DNA of 64,000 bases from Leucoraja ocellata (Eukaryota). The stretch lies in contig JAWMAR010000094.1 of assembly GCA_036785375.1 (NCBI GenBank), forward strand, positions 3,224,001-3,288,000, in the 5' to 3' direction. Below the pieces are notes generated by a model. That model had not been told where the DNA came from. It did no database searches and saw nothing but the letters and a program-made list of their open reading frames with translations. A program made the position numbers and the translations under genes. Every line of letters begins with the position of its first letter. The stretch's first letter is position 1. Shown here in pieces: positions 37,731 to 48,688 of this stretch.

Positions 37731-40674
37731 CGGTAGTGCACCGCATTACCTCTTTGATGACCCTCAGCCTATCTTCGATCGGACTTTGCTGGCTTTACCT
37801 TGCACTAAACGTTACTCCCTTATCATGTGTCTATACACTGTAAGCGGCTCGATTGTAATCATGTATTGTCTTTCTGCTGTCTGGTTAGCACGCAACACAA
37901 GCTTTTCACTGTACCTCGGCACCCGTGATAATAAACTAAACCTAAACTGGGGTTCAGATCAATCTCAAGGCCAATGTGCCATTGATCACCCGTATACACT
38001 AGCTCTGGTTTATCCCACTGGTTCATCCGGCACACCAGGAGCAAATTACAGAGGCTAATTAACCTACAAACCCACACGTCTTTGGGATGTGGGAGCAAAC
38101 CGGAAACCCACGTTGTCGCAGGGAGCACGTGCAAACTCCACACGGACAGCACCCGAGGTCAGGATCGAACCCGGGTCTCCGGCACTGTGAGGCAGCGGCT
38201 ATACCAGCAGCACCACTGAAATGTACATGTAATCTAGTGAACACAATGAAGGGTACACAGTTATAGAGTTAAAAATCTGTCGTACACAACTTCTAATTGC
38301 TACTGCAACTACACGAATCACAGCAACATTGAGTTCATTAATAAATGTGGTCTAGACTACCCTCTGGTGGTGCCTTGCAGTACTGCCCATGAACTCGTCA
38401 TAAGCAGAGCCAGTGGAGTCCTTGCCGATCCCTGCACACTAACACTACCCTACACACACTAGGGACAATTTACATTTATACCAAAGCCAATTAACGCTCA
38501 AACCTGTACGTCTTTAGAGTGCGGGAGGAAACTGGACCAGCCGGGGAAAACCCACGCAGGTCACGGGGAGAACGTACAAACTCCACACAGAAAGCACCCG
38601 TAAGTCAGGATTGAACCCGGGTGTCTGGCGCCGTAAGACAGCAACTCTACCGTTACGCCACCGTCCCGCTAGAAATAATCAAGTCCGGTTTAATGCCCTA
38701 AATAGTTTAGTTTAGAAATACAGAACGGAAACAAGCCCACTTAGTCCGCGCCGACCACTGATCAACCATTCCCTCTAGTTCTATGTTATCCCACTTTCTC
38801 ATCCACTCCCTGCACTTATCTTTAGAAAGGAGATGAGGTGGAATTTCTTCAGTCAGAGGGTGGTGAATCTGTGGACCTCCAGGTCCAAGAGCTGCTTCTT
38901 CCCAACCACTGCAACAGTACAAACTAAACTATGAACTAGGATCAGTATTGTCTCTAAGGGGGAACTGCAGATGCTGGTTAACACCGAAGATAAGACACAA
39001 AGTGCTGGAGTAACTCAGTGAGTTATGCAGCATCTCTGGAGAAAAAGGATGGGTGATGAGCGTTTGACAGGACTGGGCCTGTACTCGCTGGAGTTTAGAA
39101 GAATGAGGTGAGGGGGGGACCTAATTGAAACTTACCAAAGAGTAAAAAAAATGGATGGAGTGGATGTGGAGAGGATGTTCCCACTAGCGGGAGAGTCTAG
39201 GACCAGAAGCCACAGCTTCAGTATAAAAGGACGTAGCTTTAGAAAGGAGATGAGGAGGAATTTCTTTAGTCAGAGGGTGGTGAATCTGTGGAATTCATTG
39301 CCAGATGCTGAGGAGGCCTTTGGGTATTTTTAAAGCGGAGATGGAGAGTTTTCTTGATTAGTACTGGCGTCAAAGGTTATGTGGAAAGGTCAGAGAATGG
39401 GGTTGAGAGGGAGAGATAGATCAGCCATGATTGAATTGAATGGTGGAGTAGACTTGATGGACCAAATGGACTCATTCTGCACCCATGTCTTATGAACTTA
39501 CACACAAGGGCCAATTTTATGGAGGCCAATTAAACCTACAAACCTGCATGTTTTGGGGACACCCGGAGGCTGAGTGGTTAGAGCACTACCCAATGAGCCA
39601 TGGCCAATACCTTTGGAAGATGAACTTCCAGATCTCCTCTTTAAGAAATCAAACCCCAGCCACCTCTGTGTCACACAATCCAGATACCAACCAGCAAATG
39701 CACTTCACCTTAGGAAACCTTGGAATAAAGTAGTATCCATTGGGGTCTAGGCTCTGCTTCCAAAATGGGATCAGGTTTTTTTTAATTGCAATAAAAGCAA
39801 CACATTTCTTTCCTCACCTTGGTCTAAGTACTGCAGCCAACTAAGGCAAGAAGATAAGACACAAAATGCTGGAATTACTCAGCGGGTCAGGCAGCATCTC
39901 TGGAGAAAAGGAATAGGTGACGTCTCGGGTCGAGACCCTTCTTCAGACTGAGAGTCAGGGGAGAGGGAGACGAGCGGTATGAAAAAGGAGCAAAGAACAA
40001 ATGAATGAAAGGCATGAAAAGAACAAATCAGAGCCGCCCGGCACCGATGATCAAGGAGAGGTGGAGCCCACAATGGTCCATTGTTGGCTGTGGGAGAGAT
40101 GACGGCAAAGGGATACGGGACTGTGAAACCAGGATAACAGTGAAAGACAGGAAGACCTTAGACTTTAGCTCAGATATTCACCATGGAAACAGGCCCTTCG
40201 GCCCACCAAGCCTGCACTAGCCACCATTCAACAATTGGGATGGCATAGAACTGGTATGGACGGGTTGGACTTGGTCGGTGCGTCTCTCTATGACTCCATG
40301 GCTAAAGCTGCTGCCTCAAAGTCGGAAGGTTGTAGATTCAGGTTCACTTCAAGACACCGTCAGTAAGAATCCTCATTAAACGCCCATTGGGTGGAACTTT
40401 AAATGGAGGCTCCACTTTCCATTTCACTGGGGATGTCGAGTGGATGTGAAGCCCCAATGAGTGGGTCTGGTGTCCTGGTCAATATTCCTCCCCCGGTAAA
40501 CAAATAACTGGGTGATTTGCCTCAATGGGTCCATGTGGGTTGGCGGTGCGTCCAATCTCCATGCATTTACCGACAGCCACGGGTTTTGAAGAGGTTCATT
40601 GGCGAGAAGGCACTTGTACATGTTCCAAGGACACATCAGCAGCTGCATCCTGCCTGGAGTGCTCTTCCCTGGGC

Positions 40675-40689
40675 TCAGTACGGCTTCTT
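40675..40689 (-). CDS. TAPBPL: Tapasin-family gene exon 8, terminal coding part (KKPY*)
   Basis: cctttgtctcccctgcag acceptor, then AAG AAG CCG TAC TGA. Gives a KKxx C-terminus. Confidence 0.8.
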   Translation of the reverse strand, partial: KKPY

Positions 40690-41021
40690 CTGCAGGGGAG
40701 ACAAAGGAAACGTGACTGGAAAACCCACGCCATGGACCGGAACCCCCCGCCTCGCCCGCCACGGATCGAGGGCCCATGGAACCCACCTGGAGGGCCGGCG
40801 AGCAGACTGGCTGCGGGAGGGATTGCACGGCCTAGACGGGGGAGTGGCCGCTGGAGGGCCTGCAGAAGCCTGGGGCTCGGCTGGACCGGGCGCCGCTCCA
40901 AGAAGCCGAGCACGTGGACCGCACACGGCCAACAGCGGTGGAGCAGCGGACGGAGGTCACCACGGCTACGCTTGGCCAGGCCGACACTGCAATGTTGCCA
41001 GGGCAACGGGTCTTCGTGGTC

Positions 41022-41654
41022 TCGACACAAGCCTGTCTCAGAAATCTACGGACAATTCCTTCGTCTTCATGTTCAAGAAGGAACTGCAGATGCTGGAAAA
41101 TCGAAGGTACACAAAAATGCTGGAGAAACTCAGCGGGTGCAGCAGCATCTATGGAGCGAAGGAGAAAGGTGACGTCACCTATTTCCTTCGCTCCATAGAT
41201 GCTGCCGCACCCGCTGAGTTTCTCCAGCATTTTTGTGTACCTTCGTCTTCATGGCTTGGTTTATGCTCTGACATGCACTGTCAACAGTGGGATCTTATAT
41301 AGACGGGTGTGTGCATTTCCAAATCATGTCCAATCAATTTAATTTACCACTGGTGGACTCCAATCAAGTTGTAGAAACATCTCAAGGATAATCAATGGGA
41401 ACAGGATGAACCGAAGCTCAATTTTGAGTGTCATAGCAAAGGGTCTGAATACTTACGTAAATGTGATATTTCAGTTATTTCTTTTTAATTACTTTGCAAA
41501 AATTTATAAACACCTGTTTTCACTTCTTCATTCTGAGGTATTGTGTGTAGATTGATGATAAAAAAAAACCAAATTTAATCAATTTTAAAATAAGGCTGTA
41601 ACGTAGCAAAATGTAGAAAAAGTGAAGTGGTCTGAATACTTTCTGAATGCACTG
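41022..41654 (-). mobile_element. Tc1-like DNA transposon 5' fragment, interrupted by a Penelope cassette
   Basis: TA plus CAGTGCATTCAGAAAGTATTCAGACC terminus, inner repeat of the TIR motif, transposase start MKTKELSVDF*DRLVS. Confidence 0.85.
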
Positions 41655-41960
41655 TACCTTTAGAAAGGAGATGAGGAGGAATTTCTTTGGTAGATGGTGG
41701 TCAATCTGTGGTTTTCATTGCCACAGACAGCTGTGGAGGCCAAGTCATTGGATATTTATAGTAGTACGGGTGTGAGGAGTTATAGGGAGAGGCCAAGAGA
41801 ATGGAGTTGAGAGGGAAAGAAAGATCAGCCATGATTGAATGGGGGAGTAGACTAGATTGGTCAAATGGCCTACTACTGCTCCAGTGACTTAGGAACATAT
41901 CATGTTTTGTACTGTTTTCCTGCATGAATAAATGTAATATTGAAACAATATTTTTCTTAC

Positions 41961-41977
41961 CTTGTTTTTGTCCATAA
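41961..41977 (-). CDS. TAPBPL: Tapasin-family gene exon 7, 17-nt cytoplasmic microexon (VMDKNK)
   Basis: ctttgctttgcag acceptor, gtaaga donor. Phase 1-0 bridges exon 6 to exon 8. Confidence 0.75.
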
Positions 41978-42409
41978 CTGCAAAGCAAAGAATACAGCAT
42001 CATTACAACATGTCAGCACCACCACATCACTGATACATCAGCATTGCTAGCGTTGTTCAAAACACTTTTTCAAACTTGATAAACTACAGGGCAAAATTCA
42101 CACGGCTATGTGCACAAACGCTTTCCTTGCTCTCCACTGAAGCTACAGGAATGGAAACACATTGGCTATGAATAGTTTAGTTTAGTTTAGATTAGAGATA
42201 CAGCGTGGAAACAGGCCCTTCGGCCCATCGACCAGCGATCCCCGCACCCTCACACTATCCTCTTCACTAGGCACAATTTACAATCTGCACCGAAGCCAAT
42301 TAACCAACAAACCTGTACGTCTTGGAGTGTGGGAGGAAACCGGAGCACCCGGAGAAAACCCACGCGGGCACAGGGAGGACGTACAAACTCCGTACAGCAG
42401 GCACCCGTT

Positions 42410-43824
42410 GGGGAATTACAGACCAGTTAGTCTAACATCGGTAGTGGGGAAACTGCTAGTCAGTTATTAAAGATGGGATAGCAGCACATTTGGAAAGTGG
42501 TGAAATCATTGGACAAAGTCAGCATGGATTTACGAAAGGTAAATCATGTCTGACGAATCTTATAGAATTTTTCGAGGATGTAACTAGTAGCGTGGATAGG
42601 GGAGAACCAGTGGATGTGGTGTATCTGGACTTCCAGAAGGCTTTCGACAAGGTCCCACATAAGAGATTAGTATACAAACTTAAAGCACAAGACATTGGGG
42701 GTTCAGTATTGATGTGGATAGAAAACTGGCTGGCAAACAGGAAGCAAAGAGTAGGAGTAAACGGGTCCTTTTCACAATGGCAGGCAGTGACTAGTGGGGT
42801 ACCGCAAGGCTCAGTGCTGGGACCCCAGCTATTTACAATATATATTAATGATCTGGATGAGGGAATTGAAGGCAATATCTCCAAGTTTGCGGATGACACT
42901 AAGCTGGGGGGCAGTGTTAGCTGTGAGGAGGATGCTAGGAGACTGCAAGGTGACTTGGATAGGCTGGGTGAGTGGGCAAATGTTTGGCAGATGCAGTATA
43001 ATGTGGATAAATGTGAGGTTATCCATTTTGGTGGCAAAAACGGGAAAGCAGACTATTATCTAAATGGTGGCCGATTGGGAAAGGGGGAGATGCAGCGAGA
43101 CCTGGGTGTCATGGTACACCAGTCATTGAAGGTAGGCATGCAGGTGCAGCAGGCAGTAAAGAAAGCGAATGGTATGTTAGCTTTCATTGCAAAAGGATTT
43201 GAGTATAGGAGCAGGGAGTTTCTACTGCAGTTGTACAGGGTCTTGGTGAGACCACACCTGGAGTGTTGCGTACAGTTTTGATCTCCAAATCTGAGGAAGG
43301 ACATTATTGCCATAGAGGGAGTGCAGAGACGGTTCACCAGACTGATTCCTGGGATGTCAGGACTGTCTTATGAGGAAAGACTGGATAGACTTGGTTTATA
43401 CTCTCTAGAATTTAGGAGATTGAGAGGGGATCTTATAGAAACGTACAAAATTCTTAAGGGGTTGGACAAGCTAGATGCAGGAAGATTGTTCCCGATGTTA
43501 GGGAAGTCCAGGACAAGGGGTCACAGCTTAAGGATAAGGGGGAAATCCTTTAAAACCGAGATGAGAAGAACTTTTTTCACACAGAGAGTGGTGAATCTCT
43601 GGAACTCTCTGCCACAGAGGGTAGTTGAGGCCAGTTCATTGGCTATATTTAAGAGGGAGTTAGATGTGGCCCTTGTGGCTAAGGGGATCAGGGGGTATGG
43701 AGAGAAGGCAGGTACGGGATACTGAGTTGGATGATCAGCCATGATCATATTGAATGGCGGTGCAGGCTCGAAGGGCCGAATGGCCTACTCCTGCACCTAA
43801 TTTCTATGTTTCTATGTTTCTATG
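42410..43824 (+). mobile_element. 5'-truncated CR1/HER1-type LINE (RT domain to 3' end), nested in a V-SINE
   Basis: QHGF, YLDFQKAFDKV, GVPQGSVLGP, KFADDTK motifs. One in-frame stop at 43279-43281. (TTTCTATG)3 tail. Confidence 0.95.
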
Positions 43825-44300
43825 TCAGGATCGAACCCGGGGCTCTGGCGCTTTAAGGCCGCAAATCTACCGCTGTGCCACCGGGCCGCCCCAATAGACA
43901 TAAGGTGACGTCATCTTGTACAGAACAAACCCCAGACTATACAACAACAAAGGGCGGCAAGGTTGAGCAGCGGTTGAGTTGCTGCCTGACAGGGCCAGAG
44001 ACCCGGGTTCGACCCTGTCTACGGATGCTGTCTGTGTGGAGTTCGCATGTTCTCCCCGTGACCGTGTGTGTTTTCTCCAGTTTCCTCCCACACTCCAAAG
44101 ATGTGGATGTTTGTAGGCTAATTGGCTTTTGTAAATTGTCCCTAATGTGTAGGATAGTGCCAGTGAAAGGGATGATCGCTGGCCTGCACGGAATCGGTGG
44201 GCTGAAGGGCCTGACTCCACGCGGTCTCTCTAGAATCCTCTAGAGATGGGATCACCCCGCACTCATTAATAACATGTAAAATAAAACAGAAAGCACTCAC

Positions 44301-44393
44301 CTTTATTCAAGTGAATTAGTAGGATGATCACAATAGTGCAGAAGAATAGGACCAATATTAAAACTAAGATATAAAATAATATCTGGGGTCGTG
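44301..44393 (-). CDS. TAPBPL: Tapasin-family gene exon 6, transmembrane (ARPQILFYILVLILVLFFCTIVIILLIHLNK)
   Basis: poly-T plus ccacag acceptor, gtgagt donor, 93 nt, phase 1-1, hydrophobic. Not in the ORF track. Confidence 0.88.
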
Positions 44394-46065
44394 CTGTGGA
44401 AAAAAAAAAATATTGAGCATTACTGCTTTGAGACTTCAGCCCATGCTGGACATGATGATGTTAAACTAATCGCCCCTGGCTGCACGTAAGTAAGTTTATT
44501 GGCCAAGTATTCACATACAAGGAATTTGCCTTGGTGCTCCGCCCACAAGTATCAACATGACATACGGTGGCAGTTACGAATGACTCAGAAAACATGAAAC
44601 ATTAATAATAATAATAAAACATTAATGATAAAACACCATTGATCAAGCATGTGAACCAACAAAATACCAGTTCAAAGGGAGGCTACAGTTTTTTGGCTGT
44701 TGAGTAGAGCAACTACTCGTGGATAAAAACTGTTTTTATGTCTGGCTGTGGCAGTTTTGACCGTCCGGACTCGCCTTCCACAGGGAAATGATTCAAAAGT
44801 TTGTGGCCAGGGTGAGAGGGGTCAGAGATGATCTTGCCCGCTCGCTTCCTGGCCCTTGCAGTGTACAGTTCATCAACGTGATCCATATCCCTCCATTCCC
44901 TGCACATCCATGTGCCCCTCTTAAATGCCAGCTGCCATCTGCCTCCGCCACCGTTGGCAGCACGTTCCAGGCACCCACTGTGTAAAAAAACATGCCCAAC
45001 ACAACTCCATTAAACCTTTCCCCTTCTCACCTGAAAGGTATGGCGTCCATCTTTGGACATTCCCTTCATAGACTGTCTACCCAATCCACACGTCTCATGA
45101 TGTTATATACCTCTATCTGGTCTCCCCTCAACCTCCGAAGCTCTAGAAAAAAATAAACCCCCTAATCCAGGCATCACTCCGGTAAAACCCCTTCTGCACC
45201 CGCTCCAAAAACTCCACATCCGTCCTGGAATAGGGTGACACACAGCGGTAGAGTTGCTGCCTTACAGCACCAGAGACCCGGGTTCACTCCTGACTACGGG
45301 TGCTTCTCTGTACTAAGTATGTACGTTCTCCCTGCGACCTGCGTGGGATTTCTCCGAGATCTTAGGTTTCCTCCCACACTCCAAAGGTTTACAGGTTCAT
45401 TTTTACTTGGTATACATGTAGATTGTCCCTGGTGTGTGTAGGATAGTGTTAGAGGGCGGGGATCGCTGGTCGATGCAGACTCGCTGGGCCTGTTTCCGCT
45501 TGGTCTCTCTAAACTACCCAGAGACATGGTTAGGAATTGTCTCCTGATTTTGTTCAGCCTTCATGCATCCACCACCAGAAACAAATAGTTCCCGCACTCA
45601 TTCTTAACAATAGGGGCAGCACAGTGGTGTATCTGGTAGAGTTGCGGCCTTACAGCACCAGAGACCCGGGTTTGATGCTGACTACGGGTGCTGTCTGAGT
45701 GGAGTGTGCACGTTCTCCCTGTGACCGTGTGGATTTCCTTTGGATTCTCTGGTTTCCTCCCACTTCCCAAAGACGTGCGGCTTTGTCGGTTGTCGACACA
45801 AGGAACTGCAGATGATGGTTCACCTCGGCCCACCTGGTCAACTCCGACCATCGATCACCCGTTCATGCTCATTCCATGTTATCCCACTTCCTCGTTCACT
45901 CCCTACACACTAGGGGGACAGCTTAAAGAACAATTAACCTACACACCCGCACGCCTTTGGATCAAACCCAGATCTCTGGCGCCGTGAGGCAGCAGCTCTG
46001 TGTCGCTGTGCTGCCTTGATGGTGGATGGTGATGGATGGTCCGTGTGGGCCGAAGGGCCTGTTTC

Positions 46066-46505
46066 AATAGACAATAGGTGCAGGAGTAGGCCATTCAGCC
46101 CATTCAATGTGATCATGGCTGATCATCCCCAATCAGTACCCCGTTCCTGCCTTCTCCCCATATCCCCTGACTGCTATTTTTAAGAGCCCTATCTAACTCT
46201 CTCTTGAAAGCATCCAGAGAACCTGCCTCCACCGCCCTCTGGGGCAGAGAATTCCACACACTCACCACTTTCTGTGAGAAAAAGTGTTTCCTCGTCTCCG
46301 TTCTAAATGGCTTACTCCTTATTCTTAAACTGTGGCCCCTGGTTCTGGACTCCCCCAACATCGGGAACATGTTTCCTGCCTCTAGCGTGTCCAAGCCCTT
46401 AACAATCTTATATGTTTCAATGAGATCCCCTCTCATCCTTCTAAACTCCAGAGTGTACAAGCCCAGCTGCTCCATTCTCTCAGCATATGACAGTCCCGCC
46501 ATCCC
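46066..46505 (-). mobile_element. CR1-type LINE 3' fragment
   Basis: ORF 46113-46502 motifs. Similar copies at 13632-13940 and 56130-56577. Confidence 0.85.
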
Positions 46506-46544
46506 GTTTCCACGCAGTATTTAAAATGTCTGCTCATTGTTTAC

Positions 46545-46871
46545 CTTGCACTTTTACATGGACGTAGCGTTTGATCGTCTTCTCCAAGCTGACGTGGTCG
46601 ACGTGACAAATAAACGTCGCGCCGTTGTCCTTGAGGGAGGCGGTGAAGCGGAAGTAGCTGGTCATGTTGAAGGTGCCATCCCTGTTCGGCTGGTGTGGGG
46701 ATAAGACGGTGTTGGACAGGTAGTTGGGAAGAAGGCGCTCCCTGCCCTGCTGCTTCTGCCAGCGCACCGTCACGTCCAGCGGGTAGTACCGCTCCGCGCC
46801 GCACGCCAGCTTCTGCTCGTCACCCTCCCTCAACGAGAGCGAGCTGTGGCTCAGGGACACTGTGGGCGCCT
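46545..46871 (-). CDS. TAPBPL: Tapasin-family gene exon 5, IgC1 domain (LAC...YYPLDVTVRW...DGTF...FICHVDHVSL)
   Basis: tgcag acceptor, gtaaac donor, 327 nt, phase 1-1. YYPLDV and CxVxHxSL motifs. Confidence 0.95.
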
Positions 46872-46919
46872 CTGCACAGGGGAGACAACACAATGAAGTG
46901 AGTCAGCGGGACTGGATGA

Positions 46920-47316
46920 GGAGTTATCTTATAGTAGAAACATATAAAATTATAAAAGGACTGGACAAGCTAGATGCAGGAAAAATGTTTCCAATGTTAG
47001 TCGAGTCCAGAACCAGGGGCCACAGTCTTAGAATAAAGGGGAGGTAATTTAAGACTGAGGTGAGAAAAAACGTTTTCACTGAGAGAGTGGTGAATTTATG
47101 GAATTCCCTGCCACCGAGTGGAGGCCAAGTCACTGGATGGATTTAAGAGAGAGTTGGATAGAGCTCTAGGGGCTAGTGGAGTCAAGGGATATGGGGAGAA
47201 GGCAGGCACGGGTTATTGATAGGGGACGATCAGCCATGATCACAATGAATGGCGGTGCTGGCTCGAAGGGCCGAATGGCCTCCTCCTGCACCTATTTTCT
47301 ATGTTTCTATGTTTCT
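46920..47316 (+). mobile_element. CR1-type LINE 3' fragment
   Basis: Same subfamily as 62797-63180. TTTCTATG tail. Confidence 0.85.
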
Positions 47317-48033
47317 GTGACAGGCACGCCATCTCCGGAGAGAAGGAATGGGCGACGTTCCGGGTCGAGACCCATCTTCAGACCGAGAGTCGGGGCAGAG
47401 GGAGACACAGAGATAAGGAGGTGCAAGGTGTGAAAACGTGACATCAAAGGGGACGAGACACAGAGAAACTTTGTAGTTTTAAAACGTAGAAACATTGCAG
47501 TTTTAAGACATAGAAACGTTTTAGGTTTAAAACGTACACATTTTGTAGGATTAAAACTCACTCACATGGCCATTCAATATGATCCCTTAAGTATGTTTCT
47601 ATACGAACCCCTCTCATGCTTCTAAATTCCAGTGAATATAAGCCCAGTCGATTTTCTTAAACAAAAGGAACTGCAGATGCTGGTTTACACTGAAGAGAGA
47701 CATAAAAAGCTGGAGTAACTCAGAGGGACAGGCAACATCTCTGGAGAAAAGGAATATGTGACGTTTCGGTTCGAGAATCTGAAGAAGGGTCTCAACCTTA
47801 AACATCACCTATTACTTCTCTCCAGAGATGCTGCCTGTCCCGCTGAGTTACTCCAGCTTTTTGTATCTATCTTTAAGGATAGGTGATATTATGGTTCGGG
47901 ACCCTTCTTCAGAGATAGGACCCGTCTGAAGAAGGGTCTTGACCAAAAACATCGCCCATCCAGCAGATTTCCTCCTGATTTTCTGCTAATGTCTCCAGTA
48001 CCCAAAAATATTAATCTAAGTTCAATACTCAAG

Positions 48034-48320
48034 GGTGGCACGGTGGCGCATGGGTAGAGTTACTGCCTCACAGCGCCAGAGACCTGGGTTCGATCCTGAC
48101 TACGGGCGCTGTCTGTACGGTCTCCCCATGAGGGTTTTCTCCAAGATCTTCGGTTTCCTCCCACACTCCAAAGACCTACAGGTTTGATATCAATTGGCTT
48201 GATATAAGTGTAAATTGTCCCTAGAGTATGTAGGGTAAGTGCTAGTGTGCTGGGATCGCTGGTCGGCGTGGATTTAGTGGGCCGAAGGGCTTGTTTCCGT
48301 GCTGTATCTCTAAACTAAAC
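48034..48320 (+). mobile_element. HE1-like V-SINE
   Basis: Same structure. Lies about 30 bp from the exon 4 donor of the tapasin-like gene. Confidence 0.85.
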
Positions 48321-48349
48321 TGGTTGTGTCATCAAAATTGGCAACTTAC

Positions 48350-48688
48350 CCCATATCTCCAGATTGATGGTGTGTGTTCCAAATAGTGGAGGGACATACA
48401 CCAAGCAGGTGTAGGATCCTTCACTGCTAATGTCCACATTTCTTATGCGGATAGATGCGTTCCCGTCCCCGATCTGATCCAAGAATGTTCCAACTCCCTT
48501 CTCAATCTGTTCGGTCTGCTGGTTCTTCCCATTGTAGATAAACAGTTTTTTCCTCACGCCTTTGTGCTGGTACCTCCAGTCAACGTAGAAGTCCTTCCTG
48601 TGGTCAATCTTGAAGCCGCAGTCCAGGACGACATCTTGCTTCATTTTGCTTCTGACCAATGGAGTTCGTGTGCGGACAATGTATTTCA
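48350..48688 (-). CDS. TAPBPL: Tapasin-family gene exon 4, IgV-like domain (VVLDCGF...DWRYQHKG...GNASI...EGSYTC)
   Basis: ag/gt boundaries, 339 nt, phase 1-1. WRxQHxG and GNAS are tapasin signatures. Confidence 0.94.

Noticed and set aside
40517-41302. 261-aa and 215-aa ORFs on +
   Set aside because: They span the tapasin-like UTR, a GC-rich repeat, Tc1 and Penelope pieces. No coherent protein.
42490-43725. Reverse transcriptase ORFs as a host gene or active LINE
   Set aside because: 5'-truncated CR1 with no endonuclease or ORF1 and an in-frame stop.
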